Shown: one piece after another, positions 26,810 through 39,830 of the stretch
Layout: each line of letters opens with the position of its first letter
Numbering within the stretch: the stretch's first letter is position 1
Assembly (NCBI GenBank): GCA_951406725.2
Contig: OX597816.1
Span: 160,394,001-160,458,000, forward strand
Length of the DNA stretch: 64,000 bases
Origin: Octopus vulgaris
Taxonomy: Eukaryota
Reading direction: 5' to 3'
The notes under the pieces: model-generated
What the model was told of the DNA's origin: nothing
What the model saw: the letters and a program-made list of their open reading frames with translations, nothing else
The model's database searches: none
Translations under genes and position numbers: made by a program

Positions 26810-27885
26810 TTTTATTCTTTTACTTGTTTTAGTCATGTGACTGTGGCTATGCTGGAACAGGACCTTTAGTTGAGCAAATCGACCCTAGGACTTATACTTT
26901 GTAAGCCTAGTACTTATTCTATTGGTATCTTTTGCTGAACCGATAAGTTATGGGGATGTAAATGCTCCAGCATCGGTTGTCAAGCAATGCTAGGGGGACA
27001 AACACAGACACACAAACATATACATACATACATAATCATCATCATCATCATCATCGTTTAACGTCCGTTCTCCATGCTAGCATGGGTTGGACGGTTCGAC
27101 CGGGGATCTGGAAAGCCAGAAGGCTGCACCAGGCTCCAGTCTTATCTGGCAGTGTTTCTACAGCTGGATGCCCTTCCTAACGCCAACCACTCCGTGAGTG
27201 TAGTGGGTGCTTTTCACGTGCCACCTGCACAGGTGCCAGGCGAGGCTGGCAACGGCCACGGTCGGATTGGTGTATTTTATGTGCCACCTGCACGGAAGCC
27301 AAACGAGGGGGTGCTGGCATCGGCCACGAGTCGGATAGTGCTTTTTACGTACCACCAGACCAGGGATCCTGGCTGGTTCAATTCGATTTCGATTTCGCTT
27401 GCCCCAACATGTCTTCGCAAGCAATGGGGTTGGCATGGGTGCCTGTCGTACGGTCAGATTGGTGTATTTTACGTGCCACCGGCACGGAATCCAGTGGAGG
27501 CGGCGCTGGCATCGGCCACGAGTCGGATAGTGCTTTTTACGTACCACCAGACCAGGGATCCTGGCTGGTTCAATTCGAAGACAACAAAAGAATGAAAGAG
27601 ACCTTGATATTATGTAAATAGAGGAATTTATTTGTAATATAATATGTGGCAACCGAATAATTGTCACATATTATATTACAAATATATATATATACGATAT
27701 ATATATATATATATTTCCATTACATATGATAATCAAATATATAGTCATATATATATATATATGACGGGTTGTTTCCATGACCAAATCCATCACAAGACAC
27801 TTGTCCAAGGTGCCACACAGTGGGACTGAACCCGGAACCATGTGGTTTGTAAGCAAGCTACTTACCACACAGTCACACCTGCGCC
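26810..27885 (-). mobile_element. SINE family A split by RTE and AT-rich insertions in its microsatellite
   Basis: Tail half at 26810-27030, head half at 27760-27885. Confidence 0.7.
27035..27577 (-). mobile_element. Young RTE 3' UTR fragment with internal duplication
   Basis: Near-identical to 5150-5560 in reverse. The segment 27262-27386 is repeated at 27453-27577. Confidence 0.85.
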
Positions 27886-28109
27886 TTATGAATATACGTT
27901 TATATGTTTATAGGTGTGTTTTTGTGTCTCCTTGTGTGCATGTTACATGACAGCACCAGTGTTCTGCATAAAAGCACCATTGTTCTGTATAACTATGTCT
28001 AGCCATGTGACACACCTTGCTTGCAAACAAGTGAAGGCTGGTTGTGCAAAGACATCTGACAGTAGAAAATCTGTGTCAATGAATTTCATTTGGCCCATGA
28101 AACTTGGAA

Positions 28110-28461
28110 TTTTTTTTTCTTTCTAGTTTCAGCTCAGAGCTGCGGCCATGCTGATGCACCGCCGTTTTGTGCTACACTGTTATTACGACGAACCTCGTCT
28201 AATATGTGGCACTTGGTGAAGAATGGAGTTTGATATAGCTACTCTCATTTGCACCTCTTGCCGTGAGGTAGGTTCATCTGGGACTCTTGACAGGAAGATG
28301 TCCAGCTTTGATTTAAAAACTGCTACATCTACTTTGTGCAAGTTCCTCAGACTCTTTGGGAGAATATTAAAAAGCTGTGGGCCCTTGAAACCCAGGCTGA
28401 TGCAGAAGCTGGTCCTGAAGCGTGATGGCATTGCTAGGATCTTTGGCACTATGCAGTGTCG
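28110..28461 (-). mobile_element. CR1/L2-group LINE 3' end
   Basis: RTSFCISLGFKGPQLFNILPKSLRN...FKSKLDIFLSRVPDEP, stop, then tail GGCGGTGCATCAGCATGGCCGCAGCTCTGAGCTGAAAC and an A-rich end. Confidence 0.85.
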
Positions 28462-28857
28462 TATTTGGAAGATCTTGGAGGGTTTAGCTCCCAATTTTGG
28501 AATTGACAGCTTTATCAATTCTTGAACTGGACAGCACTGCATCATACAAAAGATCCCGTCTTCCCCATCTAAAATAAGGACACAGTACTGCAATAGTCTG
28601 GGTTTCAAGGGCCTGCTATTGTTCAATACCCTTCTCAGGCAACCTTAGAGATCTACATGGTGTTGATGTGGAAGTTTTCAAGGAATGTCTGGACAGGTTT
28701 CTGTCTTAGATACCAGATGAACCCACATCTGCAGGAAATGCAAAGAGGAGCAGCTCTGTCCAGCTCGATACTTCATCAAAAACAATACTGGAGACAACAC
28801 CAAGTAACTACTGGTGGTGCACCAGCATAACCTCAGCCCTGGGCTGAAACCAGTAAA
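28462..28857 (+). mobile_element. Second, more decayed CR1/L2-group LINE 3' end in opposite orientation
   Basis: IWKILEGLAPNFGI...YCNSLGFKG..LFN...FKECLDRFLS*IPDEP with stops and frameshifts, and a homologous tail. Confidence 0.8.
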
Positions 28858-28890
28858 TGATATATATAATAGCCATTTACCAAATAAACT

Positions 28891-28925
<35 letters not shown>

Positions 28926-29410
28926 AAGAGAGAGATCCCTAGGAAGGTAAATACTATATCTCAAAAAGCAATTAATAACAGAACAGAATGTTTTGTTAAG
29001 TGATATTCAATAGATGTCACAAAGGGTCATAATTTTTATTGCCCTTTCTCTTGTTGCTGGGTTTATTTCAAAATCCAGGAGTGTTTTGTAGTTTCAATGA
29101 CTTTTGTTGCTATGTGGAGTAGAAAAAAAAAAGGAAAAAAAATCTGACTGTTCTTTCACTAAAGGTGGTCGAATATGTTTTTATAGTTATATTGGTGGTG
29201 GTTATGGTGGTTATATTATTCTATGATATTTATTCTGTAATGTTTAACCCTGGAATAAAAGCAATTAACTTTTATATACACATTGCTGCCGTTTATGTTT
29301 GTTCATGAAACTGTTGGCTGTTTAACTATAGAATAAAACTGAAGACTTAATTCATCATATATACAACATTTATATTTGAGGTTAACACATAGCAGATATT
29401 GTTGTATCGT

Positions 29411-29751
29411 GGGAGGATCATTTTGTCAATAATAATAACCAGTGTGCTGGTTCAATATCACTTCATTATTGTTTGTCAAATGGTTAAATATCTAACCGAC
29501 TAGGTGTTTGTTAGTCAAAGTCCTTTTGTTGCTATTCATGATCTTGAAGAGAGAGAGAGCAAGTCATTGAAGAGGCCGTGGATAGCAACAGAATGACTTT
29601 GACACAAATGACCGATTGATTGTTTATGCAGCAAATTAAACAAATGACCAGTCAGTCAGTTGGTTAGATATTTAACCAGTTGACTCATAATAAAGAAGTG
29701 ATATTAAACCAGTGTGTGTGTGTTTATTGTTATTGGTGTAATGACCCTCCC
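29411..29751. mobile_element. Fold-back MITE with long imperfect inverted arms
   Basis: GGGAGGATCATT/AATGACCCTCCC ends. Internal arms TGGTTAAATATCTAACC/GGTTAGATATTTAACCA and GTCAAAGTC..TGTTGCTAT/ATAGCAACA..GACTTTGAC. Confidence 0.7.
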
Positions 29752-30051
29752 AAGAAACAAACAAAGAAAAAATTTGTCTCAGCATACAAATTCACACCAA
29801 GTATCTTGCAAACCAAATACAAAAACAAAATATAAAAACAACAAAATTCAAAAGGTGAACAAGTTTAGCAGAATTGTTAGCACATTGGACAAGATTTCTT
29901 CTGACTTTTTATGTTCTGAGTTCAAATCCCAAAGCCTGAACTTTTGAGTTGATAAAATAAAGTACCAATTAAGTGCCACAGTTAACATGATTGATTTGTT
30001 CCCTTGTCTTAAAATTGCTGGTCCTGGACCCTGCACTGGACTAGTGTCCAG

Positions 30052-30480
30052 TCATCATCATCATCACCAACATTGTTTAACGTCCTCTTTCCGTGCTGGC
30101 ACGGGTTGGATGGTTTAACTGAGGATTGGCAAGCCAGGAGGCTGCACCAGGCTCCAATCTGATCTGGCAAGATTTCTACAGCTGGATGCCCTTCCTAACG
30201 CCAACCACTCCAAGAGTGTTGTGGGTGATTTTTATGTGCCACCAGCATGGGGGCCAATCAGGTGGCACTGGCATCAACTATGCTCAAATAATGCTTTTTA
30301 CATACCGCTGGCACTGGCCACATTTGAATGGTGCCAGTCTGGCAGTACTGGCTTCCAACACGACAACGATTTCACTTGACTCAACAGGTCTTCACAAGCA
30401 CATCACATTGCCCAATGATTGAAGCAGACTTTTAAAGAGGCCGGTTTTGTGATACTGGCATTGGCCATGATCTCATTTGG
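30052..30480 (-). mobile_element. RTE 3' end fragment
   Basis: (CAT)n plus TTTAACGTCC...GGATGCCCTTCCTAACGCCAACC. Confidence 0.75.
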
Positions 30481-31919
30481 CTGAGGGAATATTGTGATTG
30501 CCATCACTTATGTCATGGAACTCTGGTAACTGACCATGTGAGTCCTATGACCAGAGAAACAACAACAGCAATAACAGCAAAACTATTTAAGGCTAAGTTT
30601 GTACAAATGTGAATACAATCCAAATTGATATAAAGGAGTGCAAACTAGTTATAAAGACAAGTTACACTTGACTTTATATTTCAGTGTTAATGAAGATGGC
30701 CTCGTTATGAAACTGAAGGCAATGAAGAGATTTTGGACAAAGAATTAGATCCAGTGGTTGGTTGTTTGTGACTGAGGGTTTTGGCGATTGCATAAGAAGA
30801 TGGAATTTTTTATTTTTATTTAATTTATTTACCATTCCACAGTTCTTCATTTTTAACCTTGCCCACAATGTTCTGCATAGTGGTTGTGGTGGTGGGGTAA
30901 GGATGATAACAGTGGTGGCCGTAGGGGTTGTTTGAGGATGGTGATGGTGGTGGTGGTGGACTAAGCTGCTACTGTCACTGTACCACCGCCGCCGTTGCCG
31001 CCATCATCAACACCATCACCACCACCACCACCACCATCATCATCGTCACCACCATCGCCATCAACACCTGAAAACATGATATTGTTTTTGCTGTCTTCAA
31101 TGAGATTGTTTAAGCAAACAAACAAAATAAACAAATACATAAATATACAGAAAGTGTGTGTGTTTGTTTGTGTGTGTGTGTGGAATGGGGTAGATGAACT
31201 AAATGAGAAGGGGAGAGAGCCTTGGTATTTGTGGTTGTCCTGTTTATGTAACTATCTGACTGATCAACCTTATTTCTGATTTTGTTTACTCAGCTTTCCA
31301 CAGGGATCTTTCCATGGTTTAATGATGGTGGTGCGATGGTGGTGGTGTTGTTGTTGGTGGTGGTGGTGGTGATGATGTTGGAAATGTTAATGATGATGAT
31401 GATGATGATGTTGGTGATAGTGGTGGTGGTTGCCTTTTTTTTTCTGTGCTTTTTCTAAAACATTTGTTGTATTGGCTCTTGTAAATACATTTGTAAGATC
31501 TTGTTATTTCTGGGCGGGTGTTTGATTTCTCCATGTGTGTGTGTGTATGTGGTTAGGGTCAGTAGTCAAGCAGTCAAGGGGTGGTGGCATCATCTAGATC
31601 AAATTACCAGCCACAGTTGTTGCAAAGGGTTCAAATTAAAACAGCTCACTACAACACCTGTCTGTCACTTTATCAGGACAAAATCTCCATAAGCTTGTTT
31701 GGCAAATCAGAAAGAAAAGATTTTTAAAAAGTAAAGTAAAATAAAACTGAGAACTTATTCAAATTAATTTTGCTGTTCAACAGTCATGGCTATGTGATAA
31801 GAAGTTAGCTTCCCAGCCACAGTGAAACCTTAGGCAATGGTCTTCTACTATAATCCCAGGCCAATCAAAGCCTTGTGAGTGGATTTGGGTGATGGAAACT
31901 GAAAGAAGCCCATTGTATG

Positions 31920-31970
<51 letters not shown>

Positions 31971-32207
31971 CCCATCCACACATGCACGCGCACACACACA
32001 CACACACCCATCACACACTTTCTGTATATTTTGTCATTGTATTCACTGCGGTGTTTATTTTGACCATATCGCACGGGCAGCTGTTAAGCGTGCATTTTAA
32101 GCTGGTCGTGTGCATACATGCATATATATGTATGTATGGGCATTCGTGTATGTAAGTATAACATATGTTCCATATATATATATATATATCTGTATTTATG
32201 TGCTTAT

Positions 32208-32277
32208 CTGGTATATTCAACTGATGAAGGCAGAGCTTCTATGCAAAGTCAGAAATCCAGGATCTTGAATTATCCAG
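32208..32277 (+). ncRNA. Type I hammerhead motif with extended stem I
   Basis: ctggtatattcaa-CTGATGA-aggc...gtca-GAAA-tcc.a.gg-ATC-ttgaattatccag. Triplet AUC. Confidence 0.7.
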
Positions 32278-32907
32278 AAAAATCTTTTTTGTAGTTTATT
32301 TTGTCTATCTCTAGTGCTATATGAACATTTGATGTGGCCTTAGGGTCAGGGTTTTGACTGCTATTTCAGCATGGTGGTATTTCCCAGATACCCTAATTTA
32401 TAGTTTATATATATATATATATATATACATACATATGTTAATTGATGATGATGATAATAAAAATAAATGAGTAACAGATGTTACACATTTATATTTTACT
32501 CACCTACACTGGAATCTGCACTTCGGATGTATTTGGAAAGTATCTTTATATAAAGTACGTCTGAACAAACGAGAGCAGACTTATTCACTAAGTTGGATCA
32601 TGCCATCTGCATACACTGGAAGAATAATTGGTGCAGAAAATTCTATGTAGTGTTTGATATTCACCTAATATTATCTGAGTGTGTAAATTAGTTCGTCCTA
32701 ACAAGATGTCTCAATTAAAGTACCTAATTCAACTGAATCTAAATTACATGGGGTGTAGACAGACAGCCGACAACTGATGAAGGGTCATTCTTTGTATTAC
32801 TTATCCTTTTTATTCTCTCGTTATTTGCATATTTGTTTTCGTATTTCATGTTGTTTACTGTTGGTGATGTCCTGTACCCATATATATATATATATATATA
32901 TAAATAG

Positions 32908-32957
<50 letters not shown>

Positions 32958-32959
32958 TT

Positions 32960-33355
32960 TTTGTTTCAGTCATTTGACTGTGGCAATGCTGGAGCACCGC
33001 CTTTAGTTGAACAAATTGACCCCAGGACTTATTCTTTGTAAGCCTAGTACTTATTCTGTTGGTCTCTTTTGCCGAACTGCTAAGTGATGAGGACGTAAAC
33101 ACACCAATGTTGGTAATCAAGCGATAGTGGGGGTACAAACACAGACCCACAAATACACACACATACATACACACACACACATATATATATACAATGGGCT
33201 TCTTTCAGTTTCTGTCTACCAAATCCCCTCACAAGTCTTTGGTCAGCCTGAAGCTATAGCAGAAGGCATTTGCCCAAGGTGCCTCGCAGTGGGACTGAAT
33301 CTGGAACCATGTGGTTGGTAAGCAAGCTACATACCACACAGCCACTCTTGTGCCT
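32960..33355 (-). mobile_element. SINE family A, full length
   Basis: Complete reverse-complement copy. Confidence 0.85.
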
Positions 33356-33361
33356 ATATAT

Positions 33362-33408
<47 letters not shown>

Positions 33409-33530
33409 TTATACATTATACATATATATTTGTGTGTTTGAGAATTGCATTAATTCTTACAAAATGAAACAGAATTAAATACTTACAATAATGGATGAAC
33501 AGTAATCCTATTCTTTTGTCTCTTTTACAG

Positions 33531-33743
33531 ATACACCACACGCTTATTGGATACAAACTGAAAACTTTGTTCTTTGAAACTAAATCTGTTGCAGTCTACC
33601 CTTTACTGTCTTTCCTACCATATGTCTCCAGGGAAACATCTTTTATTGCCATTCTCCAAGAGGAAATCCATGCATTTTTATGATCCTGTTGCAGTCTACT
33701 ATGACTTGGCTGCCAAAGCATGTAGATGTTACAGTTTTGTATG
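33531..33743 (+). other. Candidate upstream (5' UTR) exon, possibly of UGCG
   Basis: Unique sequence bounded by a strong acceptor (ttcttttgtctcttttacag|) and donor (ATG|gtatgt). The terminal ATG would be in frame with 49746-49757 (ATG TGG TCA GTA ATG). Confidence 0.3.
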
Positions 33744-33815
33744 GTATGTATACTGACATTCTAATTCATCTTTATTATATAGAAAATAGAGGGAGTCAAG
33801 GGTCATTTAGCTTAA

Positions 33816-34268
33816 CCCTTTTGTTACCAACCTGACTGAAACTGGCTCTGGCTCTGTAGTACAAATGTCTTGTTTTCATAAGTTTTGAATTAAAATCATC
33901 CACCAAAACTTAGTCACAATTAATGTTCCTAACACTAGCTTAATGATAGCTAAGTTATTTTACTAAATTCTTTGTTATATTTAAAATTGATTAAAAGAAA
34001 TACAAAGTATCTCAACTGAAATCTGGTAATGAAAGGGTTAACAAATGATTAATTTAACCCTTTTGATACCAACCTGGTTGAAACTGCCTGTGGTTTGTAG
34101 TACAAATGTCTTGTTTTCATAAGTTTGGAATTATAATCTTCCACCAAACCTTACTCACAATTTATGTTCCTAACACTAGCTTAATGATAACTGAATAATT
34201 TTACTAAATTTTTTGTTATATTTAAAATTATTTGAAAGAGCATCTCAAAATAAATGCAATAATGAAAA
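33816..34268 (-). mobile_element. Two adjacent piggyBac-type MITEs (family 1)
   Basis: 33816-34037 is complete with TTAA TSDs; the second starts at 34058. Confidence 0.85.
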
Positions 34269-35279
34269 CCTTGTTTTTCAAGTAAAGGAATTTCTTATTC
34301 TATTTCGTGCTGAGCTAAAAGACAATTTGGTGACAGGCAATGATAAAAAAAAGCACCACTGTTTTGCATTCATTTCTATTTTTCATTTACTAAATGCAAC
34401 ATGTGCATGCACACATATGTGCACCATAGGTTTCAATTTAGTTTCTGTCTACCAATTTCACTCACATCACATTGATTAATTTGAAGCTATTGCAAAAGAC
34501 ATTTGCCCAAGGTGCCAAGCATCTGATAATAAAGATGTAGTAAATTCATTCTTTGCTATCTTCGTTGGATTTGGCACACTGTTGGTTCCAGCTGATCCTA
34601 TCAACAGAACAGCCTGCTCATGAAACTAGTGTGTTAGTAGCTGAGCATTCCACAGACACATGTGTAGCCTTAACAGAGTTGTCAGGAAGATTTAATGTGA
34701 CAAGGCTGGCCCTTTGAAATACAGGTATTATCTGTTTTTGCCAGCTGAGTGGACTGGAGCAACATGAAATTAAGTGTCTTGCTCAAGGACACAATGTGCT
34801 ATCAAGAATTGAACTCATGACTTTATGATTGTGAGCTCAGTACTCTAGTTACTAAGCCATGTACCTTCTCTCTCTCCCTCTCTCACACATGCACACACAC
34901 ATATATTTTCACCCATCACTTCCTCCTCCGTAACCCTGTCCATGCCGCCTTCCAGGTTCACCATTGAATGTTTCAGTTTTGTCTTCATCTCAGCTGTTTG
35001 TCTTTTTTCTTTCAGCACTTTCATGAATCTATCCATCCACACCTAAGGGTATGCCCTAATACCTCATCTCCACCAACCCTGCTCTCTCTCTCTCTCCCTC
35101 TCTCTCCCTCTCTCTCTCTCTCTCCCTCTCTCTCTCTCCCTCTCTCTCTCTCTTTCCTGCTAGGGTAACCATGTATCTCCTCTACAGCAAAACACCTGTA
35201 CCCATCTGATTCATATTTTGGCTCCTCTACACTTGATACACAGCTACCTCCCTCAACACTGCACCTCCACTCTGCTGTG

Positions 35280-35650
35280 AAGGGCATCACCCACATTCGC
35301 ATGGTGCTTTTTATATGCGACCAGCACGGGGAGCCAGTTACGTGGCACTGGCAATGGCCCACGCATGCATGGTGCTTATTGCATGCTATCAGCAAAGGAG
35401 CCAGTCAGACACTGGCATTGGCCACAACTACAATTTCCATTTGATTGTGATTGATTTTGATTCTTGATTTTTGATTTTACTTGACTCGGCACAGTGTATC
35501 ACCCGACAATTCAAAAGTACTTCTTAAAATGGGCTGGTTATGCGGCACTGGTATAGGTTACAGCTGGGATCCCACTTTACTTGCTGAGTCTTCTCAATCA
35601 CAGCATATCTCCGGAGGTTTCGGTCTTTCATCATTACCTCTGTGAGCCCC
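35280..35650 (-). mobile_element. RTE ORF end and 3' UTR fragment
   Basis: Minus frame GLTEVMMKDRNLRRYAVIEKTQQ matches the 4606 copy C-terminus. Confidence 0.7.
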
Positions 35651-35840
35651 ATTAACCCTTTAGCATTTAAACTGGCTGTATCCGGCCCAAATATTCTGTT
35701 TGTGTTCAAACTGACTGGATCTGGCTTCTCACTCCTACTCCACAATGTCATTCTAAAAATAAACAATGATTGATTTAAAACAAGATGAATGAATAAACAT
35801 TACATTTGACAGGGTAATCTGGATGTTACAGGGTTAAAAT

Positions 35841-36172
35841 CAGATTCTCAGCTGGGGTCCGTATGACACCTGGGGTCCATATAAGATTTTTGGGGTTCAT
35901 GCAAGCAAAAGAGTAAATTGGATCCATAGTAATATTTTAAGGGTTCATGGAAAAATTTTGCTTTCAATGTATCAATTGCAAGATACAGTTGGGATTCTTT
36001 TCCCTAATGTTTTATTTACTTCAACTTATATAAGCTATGAAAAACAAAATAGAGATTTTGAAAGAAGTATCTGTGAAATTAGTTTTTTAATATCAAATGG
36101 CTTGGTGTGGGGCTGCTTTAATAAAATAGGAATCAAAGGGGTCCATAGATAAAAAATGGTTGAGAACCACTG
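35841..36172. mobile_element. Degenerate hAT MITE
   Basis: Right end GGTTGAGAACCACTG, decayed left end, GGGGTCCAT subterminal repeats. Confidence 0.55.
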
Positions 36173-36974
36173 GGTCAAATAATGATGATAATGTTGATGA
36201 TGATGTGTGTTGTTGACATGAAAAAGTGTCTGAAGATGGTTGTAACATAGTTGTGGTGAGGAGACCAGCATGTTTCTTGATGTCATCCTTACTGCTCAGT
36301 TGGTGCCCCATGGTAGTTCCGCCTTCATTACAGCAACTAATTTAGGTATTTGTTTGTTTATTCATTTATCTAATAAGACAGACAACAAGGAGTGACAGTG
36401 CCTTGAATGTCTGCATATCTTTTTGATATACTCATCCCTGCTTCTCCCTCACCCTTGTCTCCTGATAACCTACAGAAATAGGATAGGCCTTGCTCTGATG
36501 CTGCACCCAAAGCCTGGATTCTAGCATCTAAAGTGACCTTAAAACATGGGCTAAACCAGCTAACTGACCTCAACATTTCATTAAATTAAAGAGACATTTG
36601 TAACATTTTTCTTTTCTTAAATGTTGTTTAGTGCTTTAGATCATATTTAGTCGTGGCCATGCTGGATCACTGCCTCTAATAGTTTTTGTATATTTTTATT
36701 TTATTTTATTTTATTTCTTCCTTGTTGTTTTCTCTTTATGACAAACAGTCTGGTTTTAAACTTTCTACAAATGAGTGTAATTTGAACCATAACTAAAAAT
36801 GGTTCCTATCTCCTGTTTGGTTCATTTTTTTAAAATTTCTGTTTCTATTCATTCTTTGAAAATGTGAAGGTTTCTCTTTTAAAATATTCAGTATTTCTTG
36901 ATCTAAAAGGAGTCTTACTCGACACTTGTACTTTCACTTGTAGTCACAGACTGCTACAGCAATGTCCTTAAGTC

Positions 36975-37270
36975 GTTAATATTGTTGTCATCACCACCAC
37001 CACCATATTCATCACCATCACCAACATCATAACTGTCATCATTGCCACCCCCACCATCATCATTTTCATCATCATTACCTCCACTAACATTGTCATCATC
37101 ATTACCACCACCATATTCACCACCACTACTACTACCATCATCATCATTGTCATCACCACCATCATTGTCATCATCATTACCACCACCATATTCATCACCA
37201 TAACCATATTCACCACTACCATCATCATCATCATCATCACAGCCATCACCATCACTATGATTATCATTAT
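36975..37270. repeat. (CAT/CAC)n trinucleotide mosaic
   Basis: Explains the Asp/Gly and Met/Val ORFs on minus. Confidence 0.9.
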
Positions 37271-38177
37271 TAATAGTTTCAAATTTTGGCACAAGTCCAG
37301 TATTTTTGGAGGAGAGTGTAAGTGACCGATTAAATATACTACCCAGGTGAGCTGCAACTGGATTAGAACTCAGGACACAGAAAACCAACATAAATACTGT
37401 AAGACATTTCCTCCGATACTGATATAGCTGTCCACTGCTGTAAATTGGAAATTGGTTCTGAATATACAAGCCCCTAAGAGAATGGAAAACAGATTGGACT
37501 GTGTCATGGTTTGAACTCTTGACATGGGATATCAGAGTAAATCCCATGAGGCACTTTGTCTGGTACCCCCATAACTGAGAATTCCGCCATTTAGGAGACA
37601 GAGTTATTTGTATTTTTAAGAGGGTGGAGAGAGATATGAGGGAGATTTGACTGTTATTTCCAACAGGATGTGTGATCATATAAAGACCCCCTTGTTGGCC
37701 CAGGTGACCCTTGCCTTGGTGCATAACTTAGAATTCCAGTGACAGGCACTTCATTTATCTAATGTCAGAAATCTAGCTCCCTGAAACCACTTGACTGCCA
37801 GTATGTCTCACTCCCTCTCAGACATCACACTACATTCAGCTACCCACTACATATTTCTCTCTGTATCTCTCTCCCACTTCGTCTGTTTTCCTCTCTCTCT
37901 CTCTCTCTCTTCCTCTCAGCCACTATTCCATGCTTCTCTCAGATAATCATGACAGCCCTCAATCACCATATTGTTCGCCCTCTATTTCTCCATCCTTCTT
38001 TCAACCACCTACCATATATTTGCCTGTCTGCCCAGATCTCTCTCTCTCAGTCTGTCCCTCTCTCTGTCTGTACCTTTCTCTGTCTCTCAGCCACCATCCT
38101 GCACAAAATATACTGTCTCACCTATTTCAATCACCAACAGCATGTTCTTCTCTTATCCATGATACCATACACATACA

Positions 38178-38323
38178 AGCGGCTGTGTGGTAAGTAGCTT
38201 GCTTACCAGCCACATAGTTCTGGGTTCAGTCCCACTGTGTGGCACCTTCGGTGTCTTCTACCATAGCCTCCGGCCGACCAGAGCCTTGTGAGTAGATTTG
38301 GTAGACAGAAACTGAAAGAAGCC

Positions 38324-38379
<56 letters not shown>

Positions 38380-38850
38380 TGTAAAATAAAACTTTACATA
38401 TATAAATATAAATAACGTGAAATACACGAAGGGACGAACATAAAAAACAGACGGGTCATTCAAAGCCTTCATTCTTCAGTCAGAAACCGATTCATCATTG
38501 CAAATTTCGGCTGTGGCCTGCTCGCTTAGCCACCGGGATGGCGTCATTCGAAGGCTAAAACAATGCGAACGCATTGTGACCAGCGATGTGTAACTACATC
38601 TGATGGACTGGTCAGTCACGTGATGGTGACGTGATATATATATATGTGTGTGTGTGTGTATTGGTTCCCACCACCATCACTTGATAACCGATGTTGGCTT
38701 GTTTACATCTCTGTAATCTAGCGGTTTGGCAAAAGAGACTGATAGAATTAGTACTAGGCTTACAAAGAATAAGTCCTGGTGGGGTTAATTTGTTCGACTG
38801 AAGCCAGTGCTCCAGCCTGACCACAGTCAAATGACTGAAGAAAATAAGAG
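38178..38850 (+). mobile_element. SINE family A split by insertions in its (TA)n tract
   Basis: Head 38178-38330 and tail 38650-38850, with two foreign fragments between. Confidence 0.7.
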
Positions 38851-38859
38851 AATAAAAAG

Positions 38860-39067
38860 ATACATACACACATGCATACACCCACATGTACACACATGCA
38901 TACATGTGCACACACTCGCATACCACCTCTGCCATGCTCCACTGCCACTACATACACATACCTCCACTGCGCACAGAGGCCCACATACCTTCAAGCTATC
39001 ACACATGCACGTATACAAAAACAAGCTCATTTTTCTCAATTACAACACATAGATAAGCACACACACA

Positions 39068-39109
<42 letters not shown>

Positions 39110-39329
39110 CACACACACACGCATTTATCTCAGCTGTTTACTGCATCATACTGAGAGTATCCTCCAGTACTTTGTACTGTACACACCCACATACACAGCT
39201 ATCTCCAGACCACCATCCTCACACACTACCAAGTCAAACACACACGCCCTGCCCCCACGGCCAACCTTTATACATCTTTTAAATACCACACAAATGCATC
39301 CCTCTCTCAATAACTGTACTACGCATGCA

Positions 39330-39366
<37 letters not shown>

Positions 39367-39830
39367 TCTCACTCACTCTCACAATCATTCATATATGTAG
39401 ACAGATTCAGATATACACACATGAACACAAATACACATGCACACACATGCAAACCATACAAACACACACACTTGGACACACACACACATCTGCACACACA
39501 CATCAGCACACACATACACACACATGCGCACAAGCACACACATACATGAACACAAACACACACATGCACACAAACACACACACATACTAACACACATGTG
39601 CACATGCACACACACATGCACACAACACACGCATGCATATGCAAACACACTCACGCATCCCTCCCTCATTTGCTATATACCATACACATGCACACACACA
39701 TCCATACACACATCCTTCTCTCTCCCTTGCTGTACTTTATAGGCCCTCCCCACACACACACACATTCTCACAAGCATTCACATGCACATATACAAAAGCA
39801 GAGATAGATACACACACCCCACTTCGCCCA
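38860..39830. repeat. (CA)n-rich low-complexity tract
   Basis: Direct observation. Confidence 0.9.

Noticed and set aside
32774-32800. CTGATGA hammerhead core
   Set aside because: No GAAA or stem III follows; at most a broken remnant.
36954-37724. 256-aa Asp/Gly-rich ORF
   Set aside because: Product of a (CAT/CAC)n tract plus a SINE B fragment.
38463-38513. Possible type II hammerhead on minus (GAAA before CTGAAGA)
   Set aside because: Could not assign a convincing NUH site or stem I.
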